64,000 nt of DNA from Octopus vulgaris (Eukaryota). Position numbers and translations under genes: made by a program. Positions within the stretch are counted from its first letter, which is position 1. Every line of letters begins with the position of its first letter. Where the stretch lies: the NCBI GenBank assembly GCA_951406725.2, contig OX597818.1, positions 131,998,001-132,062,000 of the forward strand. Direction: 5' to 3'. The notes beneath the pieces are model-generated. The model did no database searches. It saw nothing but the letters and a program-made list of their open reading frames with translations, and was not told the origin of the DNA. This document shows, in pieces, positions 1-16,453 of the stretch.

Positions 1-205
1 GACGAAATGCTTCTCAGCATTTTGGCCGACGTACTTAACGATTCTGCTAGATCGCCACCTTTATGATGGTGGAGATGATGATGATGATGATAGCTTCTGA
101 TTTAACAACGATTTCTACTTTAGTCACAAAGCTGGCAAATTAAGGAGAGGGTACAAATAGATACATTGAACGCGGAGGAATTGAAAGGCAAAGTTGATTA
201 CGATA

Positions 206-438
206 TATTTCTTTACAACCCACAAGGGGGCTAAACATAGAGGGGACAAACGAGGACAGACAAAGGGATTAAGTCGATTATATTGACCCCAGTGTATAAC
301 TGGTACTTAATTTATCGACCCCGGAAGAATGAAAGGCAAAGTCGACCTCGGCGGAATTTGAACTCGAGACGTAACGGCAGGCGAAATACGGCAACGCATT
401 TCGCCCGGCGTGCTAACGTTTCTGCCAGCTCGCCGCCT
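206..438 (-). mobile_element. tRNA-derived SINE, family A (Meta-domain-like core), full length
   Basis: Minus strand reads GGCGGCGAGCTGGCAGAAACGTTAGCACG...GAGTTCAAATTCCGCCGAGGTCGACTTTGCCTTTCATTCTTCCGGGGTCGATAAATTAAGTACCAG...; A/B-box-like head, many near-identical copies in the window. The Meta-domain label is from memory. Confidence 0.9.
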
Positions 439-544
439 TATTAACAGAGATTTCTACTTTAGTCACAAAGCTGGCAAATTAAGGAGAGGGTACAAATAGA
501 TACATTGAACGTGGAGGAATTGAAAGGCAAATTTGATTACGATA

Positions 545-3210
<2,666 letters not shown>

Positions 3211-3242
3211 AAAAAAAAAAAATAGAAAAATAAAAAATAACA

Positions 3243-3638
3243 GGCGCAGGAATGGCTGTGTGGTAAGTAGCTTGCTAACCAGCCACATGGTTCCGGGTTC
3301 AGTCCCACTGCGTGGCATCTTGGGCAAGTGTCTTCTGCTATAGCCCCGGGCCAACCAAAGCCTTGTGAGTGGATTTTGGTAGACGGAAACTGAAAGAAGC
3401 CCGTCGTATATATGTATATATATATAAGTGTGTGTGTGTGTTTGTCCCCCTAGCATTGCTTGACAACCGATGCTGGTGTGTTTACGTCCTCGTCACTTAG
3501 CGGTTCGGCAAAAGAGACCGATAGAATAAGTACTGGACTTACAAAGAATAAGTCCTGGGGTCGATTTGATCGACTAAAGGCGGTGCTCCAGCATGGCCGC
3601 AGTCAAATGACTGAAACAAGTAAAAGAGTAAAAGAGAA
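3243..3638 (+). mobile_element. tRNA-derived SINE, family B (internal TA/TG microsatellite, AAAAGAGT tail), full length
   Basis: GGCGCAGGAATGGCTGTGTGGTAAG...GGTTCAGTCCC head, CTTGGGCAAGTGTCTTC core, 3' GGTGCTCCAGCATGGCCGCAGTCAAATGACTGAAACAAGTAAAAGAG; matches copies at 17920-18302 and 52603-53018. Confidence 0.9.
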
Positions 3639-3987
3639 CGGAAAAAATACAGGATTTTTTTGTCAATCCACAAGTATTAATATAATTATTTCTGACATAT
3701 GTTAGGCCCTTGTGGCCAATAAAAGAATTAATAATTATTTCTGATATAGATAAGGCATAATAATAAGGCTAGGATATTGACGGAGGGGGTGGGGGGTGAT
3801 CAAATAAATCGACCCCTTTCCCACAAATAATAATGTTCGTTTCTAACAGAGGCACAATACCAGAAATTTGGGATGGAGAATTTGTTATCATATCGACCAT
3901 ATATATGCTTGACTAGTATTTATTTTATTGATCGCGTAAGGATGAAAGGCAAAAAAGGAATCAAATTATCACCTATTAACATCTTCG

Positions 3988-4049
<62 letters not shown>

Positions 4050-4564
4050 AATAATACAACTTTCATAATGTCTCATTTGCGGTTCGTATAGAAATTATCG
4101 TTGCCGGTAGAAGGAATTTACGAAAATTGTTAAGTACTTAACACAGATTTGGGTCCAGCACGCTTCCACAGCCGTCACTCTACCGCGGGAGTCTTTATGG
4201 AGTAAACTCGATCAGCTAGAAAGAGCAGTCAAGTCTCACTTAAATTTTTTGCTTTAAAGAACAACAAACACACTGTCATGTTAGTTATACGAAAAAAAAA
4301 AAAAAAAGGGATGGTCATAGGTGGAACGCATTTAAGTTAAAACGTCTACCCTGTCGAGGCTGACTTGTTGCTAAAGAAGAACGGCAGCATCTACAACTTT
4401 AGAGGTATTTAAGTTCTTGTTTCTCTGCGTCCAGCGTACAAAATAACGCCGAGTTCGATCCTGCCTTTCCTTTCACGGCAATATTTCTTCGGGGGCAAAA
4501 AAAAAAAACAACAAAAAACATAATCGATACATATTACACACACACACGCATCTATATCGATATA

Positions 4565-4697
4565 CAGGGTGTCCCCAAAAAATGTATACACACCTTAAAT
4601 AATTGTAAATTTGTTATTCTTTGTAAGCCTAGTACTTATTCTATCGCTCTCTTTTGCCGAACCACTATGTGTATACATTTTTTGGGGGGACACCCTG
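4565..4697. mobile_element. Tc1/mariner-type MITE
   Basis: TA|CAGGGTGTCCCCAAAAAATGTATACAC ... GTGTATACATTTTTTGGGGGGACACCCTG|TA; ~27-bp TIRs with TA target site. Confidence 0.85.
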
Positions 4698-5360
4698 TAT
4701 ATATATATATACAGAATATATGTACGTTTGAATCCTATTTCCTCTTCATTATATAATCGACATCAGAGAGGTGTGATGGGAGAGTCGGTAGAGCGTCGGA
4801 CAAAAAGTGCCTTTACAGTATCTCCTTTCTTCCGTTCTGATTTCAAATCCGGCCCAGGTCAGCTTTGACGTTTATTCATTCGGAGACCGATAACAAAGTT
4901 CCAATGAAATACTGGAATCAATGTTATCATCTAAGCCCCCTTTCTCTCATAAGGCCATTTTATACCGAAATTAGGAAACCTTATGTAATCAGTGAAGACA
5001 AGCATGCTCATTAGCTCGAGAAGAGACAATGACAGTCTTTGCTGATTTTAGTAACTGCCGTTCAATTTCCGCCAAGTCCAGCTTTATACTTGTTCTTCCG
5101 TGGTCGATAAAAATAAGGTACAAGCCATCTACTAAGGTTCGATTTTATGTATGTCCGTCCATAGATGTGAATGTATTTGTTTGTAATAATAGGGAAACGG
5201 AGAAAAAACGCTTACGTCTATTCCTTACAAAAAAGTATGCGTGTGTGACTTTGAGCCAATAAATGTTGGCAAATGAATAATTGAAAGAGCAAAACCGAAC
5301 GAGGGGGGAGCTTCTCTCTGCATCGATCGCTTAAGCTGCTAGAAAGACTAGCCAAATCTT

Positions 5361-5635
5361 GGCAGCAATCTTTCGTCTCTAGTAGACCTTTCCGTCGATT
5401 TCCGTAAAAAAAATTTTTTTTTTTTTTTTTACATATGGGCTTGCGGGAACTTTTGAAGTAATGAGAGCGAAAGAGACTAAGAGAAAGCGATTGTATGACG
5501 AGGGAAGTTCTTTTGAAGTTACCGTGCATGGGAGCATTGATGAACATGTGTGTGTGTGTGTGTTTGATGGGGTGTGGGAGACAGACAGTATGTTGTGTAA
5601 TCGACGGAAAGGTCTACTAGAGACGAAAGATCGCC
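5361..5635. mobile_element. Non-autonomous DNA transposon with long TIRs and 8-bp TSD (Merlin-like or hAT-like), internally deleted copy
   Basis: TSD CAAATCTT at 5353-5360 and 5636-5643; TIR core ATCTTTCGTCTCTAGTAGACCTTTCCGTCGATT; interior is the reverse complement of ~48400-48560. Confidence 0.8.
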
Positions 5636-6028
5636 CAAATCTTCCTCTACAATCACACGCTACTATCTTCAAGCGCGCGCGTGCACACACACACACACAC
5701 ATACAAACGTATTGCATAATATATATATAACCAGTACAGAATACACAAAAATAGGGTATAATCATCAGGGGTGAGTCGAAGCTAAAACATCAGCCACCAC
5801 GATAGCAACAACAACAACAACAACAACAACAGTATTATCGTTCCTCAAGGAACTGAGTTCAGACGACCCGACCCTATCGTGTTCTCTCTCGACTTCTCCA
5901 ATGTTAAGATCGGAAACGATAACATAGGAGCAAGAGGGTCTCGTCAGTTCAATCAACTTTGTTTGCCATGCCCCCACCCAGCCCGCACCACGCTCTCCGG
6001 ATGTGTAACTTGGTGCCGATGTGACATT

Positions 6029-6029
<1 letters not shown>

Positions 6030-6059
<30 letters not shown>

Positions 6060-6149
6060 GCTGCTACTGCTGCTGCTGCTGCTGCTATTACTTTAACCGT
6101 CATCGCCACCACTACTGCCTTAACTACTACTACTACTACTACCACCACC

Positions 6150-6181
<32 letters not shown>

Positions 6182-6207
6182 CACCGCTACTACTACTACC
6201 ACCACCG

Positions 6208-6247
<40 letters not shown>

Positions 6248-6271
6248 ACCACTACTGCTACTACTACCACC

Positions 6272-6303
<32 letters not shown>

Positions 6304-6460
6304 CACCACTACTACTTCTACCAGCACCACCACTGCTACTACTACTACCACCACCACCACTACTACTACCACCACCACCACTACCACTAATACCACCACC
6401 ACCACTACCACTACTACTACCACTACCACCACCATCACTACTACTACTACCACCACCGCC

Positions 6461-6492
<32 letters not shown>

Positions 6493-6517
6493 CACCACCA
6501 CCACCACCACCACCACT
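6030..6517. repeat. Compound (ACT)n/(ACC)n/(GCT)n microsatellite
   Basis: Directly visible; source of the poly-T/V/Y ORFs. Confidence 0.95.
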
Positions 6518-8052
6518 CGTTTTAAATTTTTGTCCGTTTGATTTAATGACTCCTGTTGTTGTGATGTCAGTGTTGTGGTGTTAATGTTGTAATGACAGAT
6601 TTGTTGTTAGGCGGCGATGGTGGTGGAGCTTCCTGTAATGTCGACGTTGTGCTGTCAGTGGCTGTCATATTGTTTTGCATTCTTAGATCATTCTAACAGA
6701 CTAATATCAGACTAATCAAAATCAAAGGCGTTCCAACCATGAACCTCCTGATTTTTTTTTGATTTTTAATTCAGACATCTTTAAGGCTATCATTAATCAA
6801 TAATTTTTACACATTTCTTTTTTCTTTTTTTTTTGGCTTTTTCATTTATATTATTTCGTGACGATGGGGGTTTATAAGATGAGGGAATTCTAGCTGTTAT
6901 CTCTGGTAGTTCCTCTAACCACGTATGGGTATCATCACTATTGGTTGTTCATCTCCAGGTCCACCTCGATCAGGCATAATCGATTAGAGGATATTCCAAA
7001 AGCGATCATCTCTACTTCGTCTTCATAGGTGTATCTAAAACTATACACTCTCTATAAATGTGTCTATTCCTTTCTTTTAGACAGTTGAATGTAATTTGAA
7101 GTAGCAGTTCCCTCAAACGGATAAATATCAGCTTCTCTCCATCCTCTAAATGTTAGCGAAATATTTTCTTTATGAGGTGTGGGTGGGATGGGGGGAGTTA
7201 GTCGATTTTTTATCGATCCCTAGTAATTGATTGGTACTTTATTCTATCGACACAGAAGGATAAAAGGCAAAGTTGGCGACAGTGGAATTTGAACGTAAAG
7301 AGCTAGCACAAGACAGTATTTGTTCAGGTGCTCCGCTAACGATTCAGCCAATTCGCCAAGATAAAGCAGTCTGTATCCATATAATTCTGGTTTTTTTCTT
7401 CTTCTTCTCCTCTTTCTTGGTCATGGTGTCGGACGAGTTTAAAAAGTTTAAAACCATCTTGATTGGTAGAGTCATTTAAGTATCGGATAGAATGCCTCGA
7501 CAACGTTATTTCTTTCGATTCACTGTGCTCTGAGATCGAATCGCGCTATGGTCAACTTTGTCTTTTATCCTTTCAGAGTGGACTTTAAAAAAAATAAAAA
7601 TAATAAATAAATGAAAAATAAAAAAAAAAAGTACCGCTTCAGGGTGATGGATTGGCAAAGCTATAAGAATGTCGGATCGGATGCCCTGTCGAAATTGTCC
7701 TCACTCCTTGTGTTTTGAGTATTTTGAGTTCAAAATCTCACCGTAGCCCGTTTGGAGAGGTAAGAACTAAATCTGTCGACCGGTTTTAACATCGTTACTT
7801 TCACTTTCGTTTTGAGGATCATCAATCACAGAAGCCTTGTAAAGGATCAACGGGCATTATTTAGTCTCTTGACTACAAGAAGAAGAAAAAATCCGTCAAC
7901 TTTTTTCAATTCATATATCATCCACACCTTAAGGAAACAATGATTATGAGGAAAATATATAGCTGGCAATTTTTGCCAACTGAGTGACCAAGCATAGAAG
8001 CTACTTGTGTGGCTTTACGCCATTTGTTGTAGTCGTAATTGTTGTAGTTCAT

Positions 8053-8154
8053 TCTTCTTCTTCTTCTTCTTCTTCTTCTTCTTCTTCTTCTTCTTCTTCT
8101 TCTTCTTCTTCTTCTTCTTCTTCTTCTTCTTCTTCTTCTTCTCCTCCTCCTCCT
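8053..8154. repeat. (TTC)n microsatellite
   Basis: Directly visible pure repeat ending in (CCT)n. Confidence 0.97.
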
Positions 8155-8331
8155 GTCGTTTCACTTTCTCCCATTGCATTCTCCCCACAAGGATGAATTA
8201 GAAAAGGAAAAAAAATACTTTGCGAGGGGAAACGATGTCAAGTATTTTGTGTATGGGGTGGGGTGTAGGTAAATACACATAACTACATAGACACACATAT
8301 ACACACGTATATAAACATTTATAGGGAGTGT

Positions 8332-8362
<31 letters not shown>

Positions 8363-8364
8363 AG

Positions 8365-8589
8365 GGCGGCGGCAAGCTGGCAGAAACGTTAGCACACCGG
8401 TCGAAATGCTTGTCTGCCGTTACGTTGTGAGTTCAAATTCCACCGAGGTCGACTTTGCCTTTCATCCTTTCGGGGTCGATAAATTAAGTACCAGTTACGC
8501 ACTGGGTTCGATATAATCGACTTAATCCGTCTGTCTGTCCTTGTTTGTCCCCTCTGTGTTTAGCCCCTTGTGGGCAGTAAAGAAATAAG
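8365..8589 (+). mobile_element. Family A SINE inserted in a (GA)n tract
   Basis: GGCGGCAAGCTGGCAGAAACGTTAGCAC...GTCGACTTTGCCTTTCATCCTTTCGGGGTCGATAAATTAAGTACC...GTGGGCAGTAAAGAAATAAG, flanked by GA repeats on both sides. Confidence 0.9.
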
Positions 8590-9223
8590 TAAGAGAGAGA
8601 GAGGGGGAGAGAGAGAGAGAGAAAGAGAGGGAAAGAGAGAGAGAGAGAGATGCATATGTACTTCACAATGTGACATTTGGGAACTTGGGGTTACGTTAGG
8701 ATACGTGGGGCCTGGGTTGAAACCAAAGTAGAATAGATGATATAAGCCTTCTTTCCCATCGTTAGCTGATAAATATAAGGTAAAGCGTCAACCCGTGTAC
8801 GCCACCCGTATTTGCATTTCTAAGTCACAATACGTAAAGCTCATCTTAAAAAGGGATTTTTTCCAGTGAAAATTGCTCAGTAGGAAATTCAAAATTAGCT
8901 AAATGTATTAGAATTATGAGTATGCCTATGTAATTAAAATCAAACTAAGATGGATCCTCAATTATCGTAGACAACACGGGTACACACACTCACCACCACA
9001 CAGAGAAAGACACACACGTTTGCGTACGTACGTGTATAAATGTTTGTATATGTATGTTTGTGTGCTTAAATGTATATAAATATGCAGGCACAACATACAC
9101 ACACACACACACATATATGTGTATGCGTGTTTATATACATGGGCTTATGTATATATGTGTCTATGTATAACGCATTTATATGTATATGTAATGTTCATGT
9201 GTGTGTTTGTGTGTGTATGTATG

Positions 9224-9270
<47 letters not shown>

Positions 9271-9276
<6 letters not shown>

Positions 9277-9383
9277 GTGACCGACCAGGCTATCAGATGT
9301 TGCTACACATCGCTGGTCACAATGCGCTTCGCATTGTTTTAGCCTTCAAATGACGCCAACCCGCTGGCTAAGCGAGCAGGCCA
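9271..9383. mobile_element. GC-rich structured insert in (TA)n, probably a SINE/LINE 3' tail fragment
   Basis: Sharp GC-rich block between TA tracts with three stem-loops; family identity is inferred, with no second copy in the window. Confidence 0.5.
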
Positions 9384-9759
9384 ATATATATATACATATA
9401 TGTATATATATGCGTGTGTATGTGTGTGTGTGTTCGTAACTGTGTGTAATGTTCGTGTGTGCGTACCCTTACTAATCTCAGTGTCTCAGTGATGGTCGCC
9501 ATGCTCCACAGTATAACTGCACTCAGCTAGTTCCGTTGACATTAACATGGCAAAAGTCTTGTGTTTTCATGTTATCTTATTCAATAAGTGACTGCAACAA
9601 CGCAGCCCATCTTACGACTTTCTTATTGTGATGTAGGCTCCTTTCTGATTTCACACAACGATCTTAAAATGTGTTGATATGAACTTTGTATGGATCCCTC
9701 AAACACACACACACACACACACAAACATGTATCTGTATGTATGTATGTGTGTGTATGCA

Positions 9760-9798
<39 letters not shown>

Positions 9799-9860
9799 GC
9801 ATATTCATAAATAGATATATATACATACGTATATAGTATATATATATATGTATATCAATG

Positions 9861-9899
<39 letters not shown>

Positions 9900-10400
9900 A
9901 TGTATATATACATATATATGTGTGTATTTGTATGTATGTATGCATATATGTATGTATACGTATATACATGTATAACTACTCACATACATCTATATGTGTG
10001 TGTGAGTGTTTGTATGTATGTATACATATATGTATACAAGCATGCACACACACACATAGATATATATGTTACTATCTGGACTCTGGGTATCTGTCCAGTA
10101 TGTATGTATATATGCATTAATATATATATATGTATATATATATACATACATATATATATATACACATATATATATATATATATGTACATGTATGCATGTA
10201 TATATATATATATATATACATATACATGTATGTATGTATACACACACGCATACACACCCACATATATTCTTATACATTTGGAGAACTGTGGGGACAGGTT
10301 GTAAACATTTCGTTTAAAATATAATTATTTACTCACATTATATATACAGGTATATTTAATGCAAATATACTAACTCACTTCATAATAAAAACATGAAGCA

Positions 10401-10476
<76 letters not shown>

Positions 10477-10512
10477 ATATATATATAATGTAGGCATACA
10501 TGTATGTATATG

Positions 10513-10558
<46 letters not shown>

Positions 10559-10937
10559 TACAGATATATGTAGATACATGTAATATATATATACACGTAT
10601 GTGTATAATTCTATGCATCAATTGCAAAGTAATTCTTTTCTGTTAGGGACAGATATGAGCCTTTGTTGAAAAACTAAAGCAATTAATTACATCGAGGAAG
10701 ATCTATTCCAGTCGTTCGATGCACAAATAACTATTAAATTCACTTTTCATTACACTCTTGGGGTGTGACATCGACCAACTGGTCGCAGTGGTGCGACGAA
10801 ATCTTTGACTCAAGAATTAAATGGAAAAGGGAACGTTAGTTTTTTTCTTTTGGAGGATTAAAGAGAATGTAAGATTTCTTTGAGAGGATTAAACGAACCT
10901 TTCAAAATTTTATTGTAATCCGTCCATCTATCATCCC

Positions 10938-11036
<99 letters not shown>

Positions 11037-11056
11037 GTCTATCTATCTATCTCTAT
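10938..11056. repeat. (TATC)n tetranucleotide microsatellite
   Basis: Directly visible. Confidence 0.97.
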
Positions 11057-11067
11057 CGATTTATCTA

Positions 11068-11109
<42 letters not shown>

Positions 11110-12063
11110 TTGCTCACACATTTATTTGTATGTGTGTCTATTACTGATCTTTGCATGAACGTACCTAATACATTTTGTAGAGACTAATTCTTAATCAAGC
11201 ATGAACAGGGAATGGTATACCTTTTTATTTTAAGAGAAGCACTCTTCACACACACACACACATTTATATATTTATCATTCGGCTGTAATTTAAATAATGT
11301 TAAAATATATATTAGCTCTCTTATACTGAGCACTATTTTTCCACTTTGTCCCAATATACCCCCATCACACACATACATGTACACGCTTATACAGAGAAAC
11401 CTTCCTTAATAATTATCTCAACATCAATACATTTGTCGGAAAATATCCAAGTGAAGTAAATAATAATGAGTTCTAACGTTTTTCCTACGATTTCTAACAT
11501 TTTATAATTATTTCTAGCAAATTTTAATGATTTGCAACATAATAATAATATATATTTTACTTTCGACATTGATGATGATGATGATCCCTAACTTTTTTAT
11601 GTACCCTAAAAATTTCAATTATATTATTTTACGGTTTTAAAATTATATTTGAAATACAAAATGTTTTATTAACATGTAAATTAAAAAAAAAAAGCAATGA
11701 TATATATTTGTTTGTTTGTATGTTTATATGTGTAAATTGTATGTATGATATATCTATGTATGTGGGTATGTATGTATGTATGTATGTATTTATGTTTGCG
11801 TATTTGATCTGTGTGTATATTTGTGTATACGTATGTATGTGTATGTTTGATTTTGTATTTATGGGGGTGTTTGTATGTGTGTGTATTTTTATGTGTTTGT
11901 ATGTATGTGTGTGTGTGTGTGTTTGTAAGTATATGTGCGTTTGTATGTATGTGTGAATATGTATGTATGTATGTATGTATGTTTTTGTTTGTAAGTTTGT
12001 ATGATTGTGCGTTTGAATGTACGTGTATGTGTATGTGTGTGTGAGTCTGTGTGTGTGTGTGTG

Positions 12064-12097
<34 letters not shown>

Positions 12098-12603
12098 CGT
12101 CTGTGTGTGTGTGTGTGATCGTCTGCTGTCATCCTACCAAATTACGTGTCGTCTGCTGGGTTACGGTGAAATTGGAAGGAAGCAGACGATTGTATCACGG
12201 CTTTTTCATGGTGGGTTGTGTTACGTGGTTTGGAGTACAAATTTTTTTCTCCTTCTCCTCCTTTTGTTTTTTGTTGCCATTCATTCAAACATTCAAACAC
12301 ATCATCGACATAATTTCTCGAACGGAACGAACAAACAAGACGAAGAGAAAAACAGAAAAAACACAGAAAGCAGAGAGAGAGAGAGAAAAGGGATACCCCA
12401 AACGATTTACTATTAAATCTTTCGACGACGACGTTTGTTTGTGTTCCATCGGCCATGGGAAAAGAGAAAGACAAGAAATACAGCAACAATAATATTTCAA
12501 AGAAGATACTCTTGTTAGTAAACACTGTTTTTTAAAAGATTATATACATACATGTACAATACATACATACATTTTTGTGTGTGTGTGTGTATGTATATGT
12601 ATT

Positions 12604-12645
<42 letters not shown>

Positions 12646-13025
12646 TATATATATTCATGCATATATTATGCGTATATATTATATATACATATATATGTGT
12701 GTATATATATATATGTATATTTCTATCTACATATATATTATGTGTATATATAATATATTTATGCGCATATATATGTATTATATATTATGTGTGTGTGTAT
12801 ATATATATCATACAAATACTGTGTATATGTATGTGTGTATATATATATATATATATACATATACATACATGTATATATACAGTATATATATTATAAAATT
12901 ACTAAAGTTAAAGTCTGCTCGTAGAGTGTGTATATATATATATATATATATGCATACACACATAAATATTTCATAAATATTTATATCATATTTACTTATA
13001 TATATATGTATATATATATATATAT

Positions 13026-13059
<34 letters not shown>

Positions 13060-13254
13060 TGTATGTATGTATGTATGTATGTATGTATGTAGGTATGTAT
13101 ATATATATATTCATTTCAAAGTTACTAAACAAAGCAAAGAGATAAGTCATATTATGTATCGATCTCTTTATTTAGTTTAATCAATTAATACTCAGGAGCC
13201 AGAAAGTTTTGTGATTAATATTTCTCTATTTCTGTGTGTGTGAGAGTCTGTTTA

Positions 13255-13309
<55 letters not shown>

Positions 13310-13634
13310 GTGTGTATGTGTATTGCCGAGTAGGGAAGAATGTCTCTGTCAGCCATGATAAAACCAAAGGGACCATCGTTATTTTTGAAAAATAACGAAT
13401 TACAGTGGTTAATTAATTTATACAGGTTTTTAATTAGATTTTACAACTTGTTATTGAACACTTTCAGTGAAAAAAAACACCCAAAAATTCCTCAAAATAC
13501 ATCCAAAACGATTCCATAAGTTGAACGTCTAATTGTATATGTTTTATTTCTGTTAGTTGTATAATACCACTTGTCAGTAAATAACAGCCAGCTTTTGTGA
13601 TAATTGAAAATACAACAATACATACATATATATG

Positions 13635-13673
<39 letters not shown>

Positions 13674-14086
13674 GTATGAAGTTTGTTATTTCCCCAGAGG
13701 TCCGATGATTTGGCAACCCACCTCAGCATCTGTCTGTAAAAGAATGACATTGTGTAACAACGTTCATGGATTTTCAAAGGTATCGAAAGTGAAAGCAGAC
13801 GACTCGAAAATTGATTTTTTTTCCTTTTTTTTTTGGCGTGTGTACATGCATGTATATGTGTGTGTGTATGTATGTATGTATGTATGTATGTATGTATGTA
13901 TGTATGTATGTATGTATGTATGTATGTGTGTGTGTGTATGTATGTATGCATGTATGTACGTATGTATGTATGTGTGTATGTATATATGTATGTATGTATG
14001 TATTACATACGTACATACATACATTACAAAGAGTAAAAGGAATTAATAAATCCAGGCAGATATCTAGAAAGCATTCAGTATGAGTT

Positions 14087-14126
<40 letters not shown>

Positions 14127-14204
14127 AATATATATTCAGAGTGTGTATTTATATACAAACATATATTTATACACACACACGTATATATATACATATATAT
14201 ATGC

Positions 14205-14248
<44 letters not shown>

Positions 14249-14294
14249 GTACATGTATGTATATATATATATATATATTATATATATGTACATG

Positions 14295-14325
<31 letters not shown>

Positions 14326-14485
14326 ATGTGTGTGCACGTATATAATTACGTATGTATGCATATATATTCTTTTATTTTTTTGTGTGTTTCAGCCTTGAGG
14401 CTGCGACCATGCTGAAGCACCTCCAGTGTGTATATATATATATATATATATAATATGCGTATAAATATGGGTATAATGTATATAC

Positions 14486-14528
<43 letters not shown>

Positions 14529-15380
14529 GCACACACACACAAACACTTGTATATATTAGAGAGAGAGAGAAAGTGTGTGTGTGTGTGTGTGCGCGCGCGT
14601 GCGTGTGTGTGAGAGAGAGAGAAAGAGAGAAATCTAATTTTGGGGTTGGTCAACTACTTAGAAAAAGTAGGCGAAAGATTTCAAACGTATGAAGAAGTAT
14701 TTGAAAAATCACCAGTGTTAATCACTCAATCCACACACACACACACACACACACACTTTCCAAGGATTCTGTTGTTTGAGGTCCCAGGGCTCTAAACGCA
14801 TACACACACACATAACCACATGTACATATATGTGTTCATCTACGCACACACACACATACACAGAGTCACACATGCACACTTACATAATGAATTATATACA
14901 CGTGTGTGTGTGCTAGAGAGACATAAACCACCCACTACGTGAAAGGAAGTCTATCCACACACTTAGACACACACACACACCTATTCAGACATCTATTCAG
15001 ACATCCACAAACCCCAAGAACTGTATTAAATTAAAGAGTTTTGTTATTTAATTAGTTGTCGGCTCAAATGCTTCCAAACCCAAAGGAAAATGAATATAAA
15101 AAGAAATAAAAATTAAGAAACACGAAATATATATATATATATATATATATAGACATATATATATAAATATATATTTATATATATATGTGTGTATATATAT
15201 ATATATGTGTGTGTGTGCTCATATATATATATATACCGGAGTAAACACATAAATGTGAAACAAGGTGGAAAAAAGAGTACTCAAATACCAGGGGTAGAGT
15301 AATATGCTTTATTTAAAAGCAGCAGATATATATATATATATATATATATACATAGATAGATAGATAGATATACATACATG

Positions 15381-15421
<41 letters not shown>

Positions 15422-15917
15422 ATATTTATATAGATATGTTTACATACATGCATATATATGTATACATGTTTATATCTATGTACACATCTATATATACACA
15501 CACAGACTTATGATACACACGCGCGTGTGTGTGTGTACACGTTGGATTGTTGACATGGGTTTTCAATTTCGGCGTGACGTGACCTCTCCTATTCGAGTGT
15601 AAGGAGAGACTCTTACTAATATATATATATACACACACACACATATATATACCTGTAACTCATACATAAATCTTAGGTATCTAGCAGAAAGCCCAGATTT
15701 CACAACTGGCCTGAGCCTGTTACCAACTTGGCAGAGGCCTGCACACACGCATACACACACACACAGATATAAATATACATTCATGCATAAATGTATGCAC
15801 ACACACACATAAATCCATACATACATTCGTATATACACACACACACATAGGTACAGATATACATATTCTTGATATCTTTCACATACAGATAGGCCTGCGT
15901 GTGTGTGTGAGTGTGTG

Positions 15918-15952
<35 letters not shown>

Positions 15953-15977
15953 GTGTATGTATATAAAATATATATAA

Positions 15978-16293
<316 letters not shown>

Positions 16294-16412
16294 ACGTATA
16301 TAATTACGTATGTATGCATATATATTCTTTTATTTTTTTGTGTGTTTCAGCCTTGAGGCTGCGGCCATGCTGAAGCACCTCCACTGTGTATATATCACCA
16401 ACTTTCTCACCT

Positions 16413-16453
<41 letters not shown>

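Noticed and set aside
13580-13602. Partial similarity to miR-2 family (ACAGCCAGCTTT)
   Set aside because: The seed region differs (AATAACAG versus TATCACAG) and no complementary arm is visible.
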